Source of the DNA: an uncultured Bacilli bacterium
GTDB taxonomy: Bacteria; Bacillota_I; Bacilli_A; RF39; UBA660
Assembly (NCBI GenBank): GCA_944372215.1
Contig: CALVYL010000002.1
Location: 1 to 51,038, forward strand
DNA length: 51,038 nucleotides
Reading direction: 5' to 3'
Of this stretch, positions 1 to 9,086 are shown in pieces; position 1 is the first letter of the stretch, and each line of letters starts with the position of its first letter. Made by a program: the position numbers and the translations under genes. The notes under the pieces were generated by a model. The model was not told the origin of the DNA and did no database searches. It was given only the letters and a program-made list of their open reading frames with translations.

Positions 1-33
1 AGCAGCTCCAAGGCCATTTCCACAACAATTCAT
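1..33 (-). CDS. 5' end of an unidentified CDS running off the left edge (MNCCGNGLGAA...)
   Basis: ATG at 31-33 on the minus strand, with AGGAGG (complement of 41-46) 7 nt upstream. Only 11 codons are visible. Confidence 0.3.
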   Translation of the reverse strand, partial: MNCCGNGLGAA

Positions 34-166
34 AAACGATCCTCCTTTTATTTGTCTTTTCATTAGTATTGTATGGCTACTAATAAAAAATGTGAGTGCT
101 TTTTTCTAGGTATAATCTTGTATTTAGAGTAAATTCTTGCTATAATAAACTGGTAAGGAGAGAGAT

Positions 167-1204
167 ATGAAGAAAAAAATAATTGGATTGTGTGCAATAT
201 TACTTGCTGTAAGTGGTTGTGGTAAAATACCAACCTTAGAAAATGGTGAAGAAGCTATAATTACCTTTGACAATGATCATATGATTAGTGTCAATGAGTT
301 CTATAACACTCTAAAAAACACCTATGGTTTAGATACTGTTATTGCTTTAGCTGATACTTATGTTTTAGAAACAGAATTTGCGGATTACAAAGATACAGCT
401 AGAGAAACTGCTGACTCTTATGTCGATTCTATGATTGAAAGTGCAGGTAGCGAAGACGAATTTTTAAATAGTATCAGACAATATGGTTATCAATCAATTG
501 ATGGTTATCGTGATTTAATGTATTTATCAGTATTACAAAATCATGCTGTTGAAGAATATGCTAAATTACAAATTACTGATGAAGAAATTAAAGATTACTA
601 TAATGATATTGCTGTTGGAGATATGGAAATTAGTCACATTTTAATTACTCCAGATGTTGCTGATGATGCAACCGATGATGAAACTGAAGAAGCTGAAGAA
701 GCAGCTCAAGCTACCATTGAAGAAATAATTGCTAAATTAGATGAAGCTAAGGAAAATGGCGAAGATATAGAAGAAACTTTTGCAGCTTTAGCAGAAGAAT
801 ATTCTGAAGATGAATCTACTAAAGATGATGGCGGAGACTTAGGAAGAATAAACTATGGCACTCTTGATGATCGCTATGATGAATTAATTAGTACTGCAGC
901 AAGCCTAGATGTTGGTGAATATTCAACTGAGGTTATTACTACTGAATTAGGATATCATGTAATACTTAAAACCCAAGAATATGATAAAGAATCTTTAGAA
1001 GACTTAGAAGATGAAATAAGGGATATATTAAGTGAAGATTACATTACAGATAATTCAACAAGTATTGCCTTTTATGCTACCCAACATTATCGCAATGAAT
1101 ATGGCATGGAAATTGTTGATGATGAGGTAGCTCGTCAATATTCAAATTATATTCAAAATGCTCTTGCCACAATTCAAAATACCGAAAACAATACTACAGA
1201 ATAA
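167..1204 (+). CDS. prsA: Foldase lipoprotein PrsA (parvulin-type peptidyl-prolyl isomerase)
   Basis: Lipobox signal MKKKIIGLCAILLAVSGC. Parvulin core ISHILI...GGDLGRI...LGYHVILK. AAGGAGAG SD upstream. Confidence 0.85.
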   Translation: MKKKIIGLCAILLAVSGCGKIPTLENGEEAIITFDNDHMISVNEFYNTLKNTYGLDTVIALADTYVLETEFADYKDTARETADSYVDSMIESAGSEDEFLNSIRQYGYQSIDGYRDLMYLSVLQNHAVEEYAKLQITDEEIKDYYNDIAVGDMEISHILITPDVADDATDDETEEAEEAAQATIEEIIAKLDEAKENGEDIEETFAALAEEYSEDESTKDDGGDLGRINYGTLDDRYDELISTAASLDVGEYSTEVITTELGYHVILKTQEYDKESLEDLEDEIRDILSEDYITDNSTSIAFYATQHYRNEYGMEIVDDEVARQYSNYIQNALATIQNTENNTTE

Positions 1205-1206
1205 AT

Positions 1207-1241
1207 AAAAAACTAATTTCAGAATTTGAAATTAGTTTTTT
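1207..1241. terminator. Bidirectional rho-independent terminator between convergent prsA and 1241..2173
   Basis: Perfect 14-bp stem, aaaaaactaatttc (1207-1220) pairing with gaaattagtttttt (1228-1241), and a 7-nt loop. A-run and T-run flanks serve both strands. Confidence 0.8.
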
Positions 1242-2173
1242 TATTCTTCTGTATCACAACTACTTGGTTCTAGTAAACAAGTAGTACAATCTAAAAATTG
1301 AGTCCTTACATCATCTATATTATAAACTAAGGATAATAATAAATTTAATATTGTTGGTATGAAGAATACTATAATTGCTGCAACAAATCTTTTGGCTAAA
1401 GACATTCCAGCATCTTTTATCATTTTATCATCACTACTAATTATTGCTTTAGCAAAATCTATACTACCAAATATTATTAACAATAATGGTATTACAATTT
1501 TTGCAATAAATATTATATATCCTATTACTTGAAATACTTTTAAAACCCGGGAATTTTCACATAATGAAAAGCCTTCGATTAACATATCATCTGCAGGTTG
1601 ATTAACACCTGGTTCGGATCCCCCTTCATCTCCGGAAATAAAGTCATCATCTGTGCCTGTTGCATCATCAGTAAAATATACATATTTTTGACCTAAGTGA
1701 TCACTAAATTTAATATCTGGACAAGTAGTTCCATTATTACTATGTTCGAAAAATCTACTTTTAAAGGCATATTGATCTTGTAATTGAAAATTCTCACTTG
1801 CAGTATATTGAGCAAAATTTACAACCGCTTCTGTTACTGCAACGCTAAAATAAGAACCATAAACCAAATGATATCCATTAGCATCTGCATCATCTACGGG
1901 ACCAGTACAATTATTACAATATATTTGTACAGCCTCATCTAAAGCATCATAAACTTCAATAGGAATATCTGCTCTAACATCATTAAAATCATATTGATCC
2001 AAATTAATACCACTTAAAGCGCTGGGATTAATCTCTATTTTAATATTTACAACAGTAGTATTGTTATTTACATCCGTATCAGATACCGACGAATTACAAG
2101 TTAATGCTGATGCGTTATTGATGCTAATAAAAAATCCCAGTAATAGTAATATAATATAAAGTTTTCTCTTCAT
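1241..2173 (-). CDS. Exported protein: Sec signal peptide, Cys-containing ectodomain, C-terminal two-helix membrane hairpin with CxxCLLEP tail (paralogous module to 6851..7846)
   Basis: Start moved to ATG 2173 (GAGGTG 6 nt upstream) because the track's GTG at 2185 lies in the SD. Signal peptide MKRKLYIILLLLGFFISINNASA. Last ~105 aa align gaplessly to the N-terminus of 6851..7846. Sits 21 nt after recX, so it is probably the last gene of an ackA-nrnA-recX transcript. Confidence 0.75.
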   Translation of the reverse strand: MKRKLYIILLLLGFFISINNASALTCNSSVSDTDVNNNTTVVNIKIEINPSALSGINLDQYDFNDVRADIPIEVYDALDEAVQIYCNNCTGPVDDADANGYHLVYGSYFSVAVTEAVVNFAQYTASENFQLQDQYAFKSRFFEHSNNGTTCPDIKFSDHLGQKYVYFTDDATGTDDDFISGDEGGSEPGVNQPADDMLIEGFSLCENSRVLKVFQVIGYIIFIAKIVIPLLLIIFGSIDFAKAIISSDDKMIKDAGMSLAKRFVAAIIVFFIPTILNLLLSLVYNIDDVRTQFLDCTTCLLEPSSCDTEE

Positions 2174-2206
2174 AAAACACCTCACTTAAATAAATTATAT
2201 CAAAAA

Positions 2207-2959
2207 TTAATTATTTAGTAAATCATCAACATTATCAATGACAAACCCTTTACTGTATAAATAACGTTTTAATTTAAATTTAAGTTCTTCTTTACTATAT
2301 TTATTTTGATATTTTTTCATAAATTTATTTATTTCTTTTTCTATAATTTGCTTATTATCTTGATAATCTATATTGTTAATTTCTTGTTCAATTAAATAAT
2401 TAGGATATCCTAAAGTAATTAAATCATTTTTTATTTTCTTTATTAAAAAGTTTTTAGATAAATTATGATTACTTTTAATTTTCTTTTCTATAATCCTTTT
2501 TATTTTATCTAACCATATATCATCAGATATATCTAATTCAACATTCTTAAAACCTAATTTATTTAATTCATAAATTATTTTTTTTGGTCCTTTTAAACTT
2601 AAATTAATTTGATCATTTATATAACATTTTATATAAAAATCATCATTTAAATAACCTTGTAATTCTAATTTTTTAATAACCTTATTTATAATTTCACTAC
2701 TATAATTTAACTTTTCTAATTTAGTTTTTATTTCATTTTTAGTTCGTAATTTAGTTTTAATATAATTAATAGCCTTGTAGTAAGCAGTAAGTTCATTATT
2801 ATAACTAATCATTTCTTTTAATAATACATCATCTATATTTTTATTAGCTAATAAATTATATTTTATAATTACAGCATCATAAAAATTTAGTGAGGTATTA
2901 TCACTAAATTCTATTTTATATAAATCGTTAGCTCTTTTACTTATTTTAATTATTTCCAT
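2207..2959 (-). CDS. recX: Recombination regulator RecX
   Basis: 250 aa with repeated three-helix RecX pattern (RTKNEIKTKLEKL..., LQGYLNDDFY, KGPKKIIYELNKLGF). Confidence 0.7.
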   Translation of the reverse strand: MEIIKISKRANDLYKIEFSDNTSLNFYDAVIIKYNLLANKNIDDVLLKEMISYNNELTAYYKAINYIKTKLRTKNEIKTKLEKLNYSSEIINKVIKKLELQGYLNDDFYIKCYINDQINLSLKGPKKIIYELNKLGFKNVELDISDDIWLDKIKRIIEKKIKSNHNLSKNFLIKKIKNDLITLGYPNYLIEQEINNIDYQDNKQIIEKEINKFMKKYQNKYSKEELKFKLKRYLYSKGFVIDNVDDLLNN

Positions 2960-2960
2960 A

Positions 2961-3935
2961 CTAATTATTTTCTTTCATAATATATTCTTTACAAGCGTCA
3001 TCCAAATCTTGAGCTAGTTTTTCCATTATTTTATAATCTTCATTTCGACATCCAGAGGCAAATTTATGTCCTCCGCCATTATATTTGCTAGCAATTTCAT
3101 TAATTACAGGACCTCTGCTTCTAATATTAGCCTTATAAATACCATTTCTCTCATCAAAAACTACAAACATCCAACAAATAAGTTCTTTTATGAAATAAAA
3201 ATTATTTACTTGATTGGATACTATAGTTGATTCTACTCCATATTTCTTTAAAACATCGGCATCAACAAAAATATAACCAAACTTATTTTCACTAATTTTA
3301 ATATTATTAACTAAATAAGCTCTAAACTTTTCTTCTACTATGCTTCTTTCATATAAGTTATCATATAAAGGAATAAAATTAATCTTACTACTTTCTAATA
3401 AATCATATACAGTTTTAAATGTTTGCGTACTTGTATTTTGGAGTAAAAACCTATCACTATCAAAAACCATACCTGTATATAGATTTTCGGCAATTTTTTG
3501 ATCCATTTCTAATTTTGTATCCATTATTAAATTAGCAATCATTTCACAAGTACTAGATTTTGCATCATCTGTCCAATCGACATCTCCAATAATATCTTCT
3601 GCTGGGTGATGATCAATTTTTAAAATTGCCTGATACTCTAATTCTTCAACACCATCAAGTCTCGCAAAATTAGGAACATCTAAAACTATAAGCAAAGCAT
3701 TTTTCAGTTCACTTAAATTAACCTTATCTAAAGAACCTAAGTATTTAAATTTATGCACACCAGCACCAACTGCATAGACTTTTTTATTTGGAAAAGTTAA
3801 TTTAATAGAATCTCTTAAAGCTATTTGACTAGCTATAGCATCTGGATCCGGACTAATATGTCTTACTATGACAATTTCATCATAATCTTTAATTATCTTT
3901 AATATTTTTTTGTATAATTCTTTAATTATACTCAC
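2961..3935 (-). CDS. nrnA: DHH/DHHA1 phosphoesterase, NrnA-like oligoribonuclease/pAp phosphatase
   Basis: Motifs RHISPDPDAIAS, DHHP and GGGHKFASG. 324 aa. Confidence 0.8.
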   Translation of the reverse strand: MSIIKELYKKILKIIKDYDEIVIVRHISPDPDAIASQIALRDSIKLTFPNKKVYAVGAGVHKFKYLGSLDKVNLSELKNALLIVLDVPNFARLDGVEELEYQAILKIDHHPAEDIIGDVDWTDDAKSSTCEMIANLIMDTKLEMDQKIAENLYTGMVFDSDRFLLQNTSTQTFKTVYDLLESSKINFIPLYDNLYERSIVEEKFRAYLVNNIKISENKFGYIFVDADVLKKYGVESTIVSNQVNNFYFIKELICWMFVVFDERNGIYKANIRSRGPVINEIASKYNGGGHKFASGCRNEDYKIMEKLAQDLDDACKEYIMKENN

Positions 3936-3941
3936 CGCTTT

Positions 3942-5126
3942 CTATTTTTGATTTATAAAATTCATTGTATCAATGGCAATCATTAATTCTTCATTAGTTG
4001 GTACAACATATACTGGTATTTTTGAATCATCTGTTGTAATACATCTAAATTCTCCCCGGAAATCATTTTTAGATTCATCTAATTTAACTCCTAAAGAAGA
4101 AATTTTATCAAGAATCATCTTCCGCATTGTGGCACTATTTTCTCCAACACCTGCAGTTAAAGTTATTACATCTGCTCCTCCAAGTAAATTGTTATACATT
4201 GCTATATAATTAGCTATTTTTCTTGCATACATTTCTTGAGCAAGTATTGCTCTTTTGTTACCACTTTCAGCTGCCGCTTCAACATCTCTTGAATCACTAC
4301 TTACACCACTTACACCAAGTAATCCACTTTTTTTATTTAAATCATTAGTAAGTTTTGCAATACTTTTACCAGTTTTATTAACCATGTATTCTAAAATACT
4401 TGGATCAACATCACCACTACGAGTTCCCATCATAATACCCGCAAGTGGGGTAAATCCCATTGATGTATCAACAACTTTACCACCATCTATCGCCGTAACA
4501 CTACCACCATTACCAATATGACAAGATATAACTTTTAAATTATCATTATTTAAATATTTTCTAATAGTCATATCAATAAAGCGATGGCTTGTTCCATGAA
4601 AACCATATTTTCTAACACTATATTTTTCATACCATTCATATGGAACCGGATATAAATATTCAGTACTAGCCATAGTTGTATGAAAAGCTGTATCAAACAC
4701 TCCTACTTGAATAGTATTTGGTAAAACCTTCATAAAAGCTTTAACTCCCATAATATTCGCAGGATTATGTAATGGTGCAAGTTCATTATATTTAGCAACC
4801 CTATCCAGTACATCATCATTTAAAACAACAGATTCACTAAACTCTTGTCCGCCATGAACTAAACGATGACCAACCCCTTCGATTTCATCTAAAGAGGCTA
4901 TTATTTTTAAATCTATTAATTCACTTATTAATTTTTCAACTGCAACTTTATGATCTTCCATCGGACAATCTTTTTTAATTTTTTCGCCATTATATTTAAT
5001 GGTATAACTACTATCATTAAGGCCAATTTTTTCAAACAAACCACTAGCAATAGTCTTTTCTTCTGGCATTTCCATTAAAGTAAATTTTAAGGAAGATGAA
5101 CCAGCATTTACTGATAATATTTTCAT
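3942..5126 (-). CDS. ackA: Acetate kinase
   Basis: MKILSVNAGSSSLKF N-terminus, HRLVHGG, and GFHGTSH. 394 aa. Confidence 0.95.
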   Translation of the reverse strand: MKILSVNAGSSSLKFTLMEMPEEKTIASGLFEKIGLNDSSYTIKYNGEKIKKDCPMEDHKVAVEKLISELIDLKIIASLDEIEGVGHRLVHGGQEFSESVVLNDDVLDRVAKYNELAPLHNPANIMGVKAFMKVLPNTIQVGVFDTAFHTTMASTEYLYPVPYEWYEKYSVRKYGFHGTSHRFIDMTIRKYLNNDNLKVISCHIGNGGSVTAIDGGKVVDTSMGFTPLAGIMMGTRSGDVDPSILEYMVNKTGKSIAKLTNDLNKKSGLLGVSGVSSDSRDVEAAAESGNKRAILAQEMYARKIANYIAMYNNLLGGADVITLTAGVGENSATMRKMILDKISSLGVKLDESKNDFRGEFRCITTDDSKIPVYVVPTNEELMIAIDTMNFINQK

Positions 5127-5173
5127 AATCTTTCCACCTCAATATCTATTATACAAAAAAAAAGCCAGATTGG

Positions 5174-5374
5174 CTATCTTTTTCCCAAATATTCCTTATT
5201 TTTTACAGAATTTTGATTAGTATGAGTCACATCATATTCAATATTTTTAACTCTCTTTGCATTACTATCTAAATTATAACCATAAGGATTATTATATTCC
5301 ATAAATATTTTTTCTAATCTATTATTATTAGTTACATCATACCCTTTATAATAGTAGTTATTTCCATTAAACAT
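5174..5374 (-). CDS. Small Asn/Tyr-rich hypothetical protein (66 aa)
   Basis: ORF with GGTGAT SD 5 nt upstream of the ATG. No TM segment and no recognisable motif. Coding status uncertain. Confidence 0.35.
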   Translation of the reverse strand: MFNGNNYYYKGYDVTNNNRLEKIFMEYNNPYGYNLDSNAKRVKNIEYDVTHTNQNSVKNKEYLGKR

Positions 5375-5544
5375 ATTATCACCACTATTATTATGGTTAA
5401 AACAATCAAATTAATACTTTTATTTTAGTTTTATCGAATCGCTTGCAAATATAAAAATATCAACTATAATAAATAATTGTTACCTATATTGGAGCTTTTC
5501 TTCAAGTAATTATAATTCTTATTATCATTATTTATGGTAATCAG

Positions 5545-5576
5545 AAAAAAGACGCCAACAAGTAAAATGTAGCGTC
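5545..5576 (-). terminator. Rho-independent terminator downstream of thiI
   Basis: Minus-strand hairpin GACGC-N16-GCGTC (5551-5576) followed by TTTTTT (complement of 5545-5550). Confidence 0.6.
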
Positions 5577-5655
5577 AGAAACAAACTGATGCTACCCAAT
5601 ATGGGTAACACTTACATTTATAATATACCAAAAATAAATACAAATTACAACAGTT

Positions 5656-6843
5656 TTATAAAATATCTTCAAATTTTTTTTCTTCTTCTTTAATTTTTAT
5701 TATTTCTTTATTTTTAATAGCTTCTGCTATTAATTCTTCATAAGGAATTAACTTTTCATATTCTATACATTTACTTATTTCTGGATTAATTACTGGATGC
5801 TCTGGCACAAAAACAGTACAACAATCTTCATAAGGTAATGTACTAATATCAAAAGTGCCAATTTTATTAGCAATATCAATTATTTCGAGTTTATCAAAAC
5901 AAGCCACTGGCCTTATTACTGGCATATTTACTACCGCATTAATAACAGACATACTAGTTAATGTTTGACTAGCCACTTGGCCAATCGATTCGCCATTAAC
6001 AATGATTTTAGAATTTTCTTTTTTGGCAATAGCCTCAGCAATCCGATACATCATTCTCCGCATTATTGTTATTAAATATTCATAAGGAATATTTTTTAGT
6101 ATTGCTTCTTGGATTTTTGTAAAATTAATAACGTAAAGATTCATATTAGGGTTATATTTAGCTAAAACTCTAGCAAGTTTGATTACTTTTTCTTTAGCCA
6201 TCTCACTTGTATGTGGTGGGGATTCAAAATAAAGGGCTGATAACTTAACTCCTCTTTTTATTGTCAGATAACCCGCAACTGGAGAATCTATGCCTCCACT
6301 TAACATGAGTAAGCCTTTACCTAAAGTTCCGACAGGATATCCTCCAAGACCTGCTATTCCATTTAAATAGTATAAAGTTGCATCTTTGCGAATTTCCACA
6401 TGAACAATTAACTCAGGGTTATGAACATCTACAGATACATTGCGATTTTTTAAAATAACTCCACCAAGTTTATTGTTCATTTCCATACTATTTATTGGAT
6501 AACTTTTGTCGCTTCTTTTAGTTTCTACTTTAAAAGTTGAAAATTCATGATCTTTAATTAAAGCTATAACATTTTTTTCAATATTTTCTAATTCCCGCGA
6601 TTCACCAATAAAACCTATAATTATTTCGTGAATTCCAAAAGTATGTTTTAAAATATCTATTGTGCTATTTATATTTTCCTCAGCCACATCAATAAACATT
6701 CTTCCATAATCATATGTAATAGTATGTTGATACGTTAAGGAGTTATGAATATTATCTTTTAAAGTTTTCAAGAAAAAATTGATATTAGCTTTTTTAGTTG
6801 ATAATTCTCCATATTTTATTATAATTGTTTTGTGCATAAACAT
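5656..6843 (-). CDS. thiI: tRNA 4-thiouridine synthase ThiI (tRNA uracil 4-sulfurtransferase)
   Basis: THUMP-type N-terminus and PP-loop SGGIDSPVA. 395 aa. Starts 7 nt after the stop of 6851..7846, so there is no room for its own promoter. Confidence 0.9.
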   Translation of the reverse strand: MFMHKTIIIKYGELSTKKANINFFLKTLKDNIHNSLTYQHTITYDYGRMFIDVAEENINSTIDILKHTFGIHEIIIGFIGESRELENIEKNVIALIKDHEFSTFKVETKRSDKSYPINSMEMNNKLGGVILKNRNVSVDVHNPELIVHVEIRKDATLYYLNGIAGLGGYPVGTLGKGLLMLSGGIDSPVAGYLTIKRGVKLSALYFESPPHTSEMAKEKVIKLARVLAKYNPNMNLYVINFTKIQEAILKNIPYEYLITIMRRMMYRIAEAIAKKENSKIIVNGESIGQVASQTLTSMSVINAVVNMPVIRPVACFDKLEIIDIANKIGTFDISTLPYEDCCTVFVPEHPVINPEISKCIEYEKLIPYEELIAEAIKNKEIIKIKEEEKKFEDIL

Positions 6844-6850
6844 TTCCCTT

Positions 6851-7846
6851 CTAATTTATATCACAAATAGCCACATACTGAACGGATGTAAATACATCAC
6901 TAGCATTAAACCATCCAGTTTTAGCATAACTAGAGTCGCTATAGCCATTACCAACATATACTTGATTTCCTGATACATCAAGCAACGCCATATAGTGTTG
7001 TGAACTAGTAAAAGGACTAGAGCCACCACTAGATCTTCCATAAACTTGAATAACTGCCAGTTTTCCTTGATTTAATTGTTCTGTTATATAACTTGCCGAT
7101 TTATTGGCACTATTAGTACAACTAATATTATTATTAGTTAAGCTATTAATTGATGTGTGTGGATAAGACTGGGGATATGAATTAAAAACTGTTAATGGCG
7201 TTATTGAAGAATCATAGGCAGAAGCAATAACTGAAACAGCAGTAATCATACAACCTATCTCCGTAATTGTATCGCCATTACTATACTGAGTTCCTCCCCA
7301 TCGTGAGTCATTTTGATAGTATAAATTAAATACTTGATTATTTTTAGTATTTCGATAAGTCCCACTAGCACTTGTACCTTGATTTGAATTTGATCCGGTT
7401 CCGCCATTTGAGCTACCAGAATTAGAATCATTACCACCTGTACTAATAATGTCATCTAAATGTTCACGTGATTCATCTATCTGCTCATCCATTAATTCTT
7501 CTGCTTCAACAACATAGCCATCACAAACATCATCCAATGGGTCCAACAAACATGTAGAACAAGCAGTAACAGAATTAATGCCTTCAAATTGGGTTGCTAA
7601 AAGATTAAATACTACATTTACTAATGTTGGTACTAAAAAAATAATAACCCCAATTATAAATCTTCTTAATAATCCTGCTGCTGATTTTGTTGTACCATCT
7701 TTATCATTTGATGCTATTGCTTTAGCAAAGTCAACAATTCCTAAAATAATTATTATTAAAGGCACTAAAACTTTCAAACCAATTAAAAAGTAACCAATAA
7801 ATTGCCATATTGGAGATGTTCTCACACAAAAAGATAAATCATCCAT
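6851..7846 (-). CDS. Membrane protein: N-terminal two-helix hairpin with CxxCLLDP tail, Gly/Ser/Asn linker, C-terminal C39-like (papain-fold) peptidase domain
   Basis: AAGGAGGT SD 6 nt before the ATG. Residues 1-109 align with the C-terminus of 1241..2173. YYQNDSRWGG...TITEIGCMITAVSVIASAY and ...QHYMALLDVSGNQVYVGN resemble the Cys and His motifs of Peptidase_C39_2-type domains. Confidence 0.75.
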   Translation of the reverse strand: MDDLSFCVRTSPIWQFIGYFLIGLKVLVPLIIIILGIVDFAKAIASNDKDGTTKSAAGLLRRFIIGVIIFLVPTLVNVVFNLLATQFEGINSVTACSTCLLDPLDDVCDGYVVEAEELMDEQIDESREHLDDIISTGGNDSNSGSSNGGTGSNSNQGTSASGTYRNTKNNQVFNLYYQNDSRWGGTQYSNGDTITEIGCMITAVSVIASAYDSSITPLTVFNSYPQSYPHTSINSLTNNNISCTNSANKSASYITEQLNQGKLAVIQVYGRSSGGSSPFTSSQHYMALLDVSGNQVYVGNGYSDSSYAKTGWFNASDVFTSVQYVAICDIN

Positions 7847-7889
7847 TTAATTACCTCCTTTTCATTAGGATTGCAATTTCCCTTGCACT

Positions 7890-7919
7890 ATAGTAACATA
7901 TTTACCCCAAAATATGCAA
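7890..7919 (-). promoter_or_regulatory. Putative sigma-A promoter for 6851..7846 (and thiI)
   Basis: Minus strand TTGCAT (7914-7919), 18-nt spacer, TACTAT (7890-7895). Lies directly downstream of the desulfurase stop codon. Confidence 0.4.
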
Positions 7920-7946
7920 GTGTATTTATAAACCTAATAATATTAA

Positions 7947-9074
7947 CTATCGTACTGTTTTTAAATTTTCATATACATCATTAAATATATTTAAAAATTT
8001 ATTTATCTCATCAGTTGTAGTTACATGGGATAAACTTATTCTGAGTGTATGTTTGGCTCTTTTCAAATCATCAAATATAGCCATAACACTATGGGAAATT
8101 TCTCCACTACTACATGCGGTATTAGTACTCAAATAAATTTCACATTTATCTAAAGCATGTATTAATACCTCAGGCATAACATCCATAACACTAATATTTA
8201 AAATATGCGGTATCGAATATTTAGTTTTATTTATTATAATATTGGGATATTTGCTCAAATTACTGACTACTTTATCATTTAAAAGACTAACAAATCTTTC
8301 TTTTTTTTCTAAATCATTGATGGCTAAACGAAGAGCCTTAGATAACGCCGCAATTAAAGGTAATGGTGGTGTCCCTGGTTTTAATGCATTAGTTTTACCA
8401 CTACCAAATATAATCGGTGCTATTTTAACCATACTACTTTTATATAAAAAGCCTATGCCTTTAGGGCCAAAGATTTTGTGAGCAGACATACTAGCTAAAT
8501 CGACATCATGAAAATTAACTGGTACTTTACCAATGGCTTGAGTCATATCCGAATGAAAAACAGTTGCCATATTTTCCTTCTTAATTATTTGCCGAATCAT
8601 TTTTAGGGGTTGTCTAACTCCTGTTTCGGAATTAACAGCACAAATACTAACCAAAATTGTATCATCACGCATTTTAGATTTTAAATCATCAAAATCGATT
8701 AATCCTTCGGAATCATTATTAACATAATCAATCGAAAAACCTATGCTTTGTAAATAATCACATATAGCATAAATCGAAGGATGTTCCAACTTGGAAACAA
8801 TTATATGTTTTCCTCTTTTATGATTTTGCATTGCTACCCCGATTAAAGCCATATTATTGGCTTCAGTTGCTCCACTTGTATAAGTAATTTCACTAGTATT
8901 TATTCCTAAAAGATCTGCAATCTGTTTAGTCGCACTTTCTAGTAAACTAGCAGATTTCATACCTAAAGCATTTATAGAATTAGCATTGCCCACAAACTCC
9001 TTAGTTACTTTCGAAATCGTATCAAATACCTCATATGATACTGGAGTAGTTGCACTATAATCTAAATAAATCAT
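7947..9074 (-). CDS. Cysteine desulfurase (class V aminotransferase, NifZ/IscS-like partner of ThiI)
   Basis: PLP-lysine motif SAHKIFGPKGIG. 375 aa. Position between ezrA and thiI matches Bacillus. Confidence 0.85.
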   Translation of the reverse strand: MIYLDYSATTPVSYEVFDTISKVTKEFVGNANSINALGMKSASLLESATKQIADLLGINTSEITYTSGATEANNMALIGVAMQNHKRGKHIIVSKLEHPSIYAICDYLQSIGFSIDYVNNDSEGLIDFDDLKSKMRDDTILVSICAVNSETGVRQPLKMIRQIIKKENMATVFHSDMTQAIGKVPVNFHDVDLASMSAHKIFGPKGIGFLYKSSMVKIAPIIFGSGKTNALKPGTPPLPLIAALSKALRLAINDLEKKERFVSLLNDKVVSNLSKYPNIIINKTKYSIPHILNISVMDVMPEVLIHALDKCEIYLSTNTACSSGEISHSVMAIFDDLKRAKHTLRISLSHVTTTDEINKFLNIFNDVYENLKTVR

Positions 9075-9086
9075 TTTTTATTCCTC

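Noticed and set aside
3973-4521. Plus-strand ORFs 3973..4209 and 4255..4521 inside ackA
   Set aside because: They are antisense to a strongly conserved acetate kinase gene. They have no SD and their products are low-complexity Ser/Leu/Pro-rich. They are typical shadow ORFs.
6779-7793. ORFs 6779..6973(+), 6856..7041(-), 7255..7455(-) and 7578..7793(+) overlapping thiI and the hairpin-peptidase gene
   Set aside because: They are alternative-frame or antisense ORFs within a gene whose main frame carries recognisable TM and peptidase motifs and a strong SD. None of them has a start context of its own.
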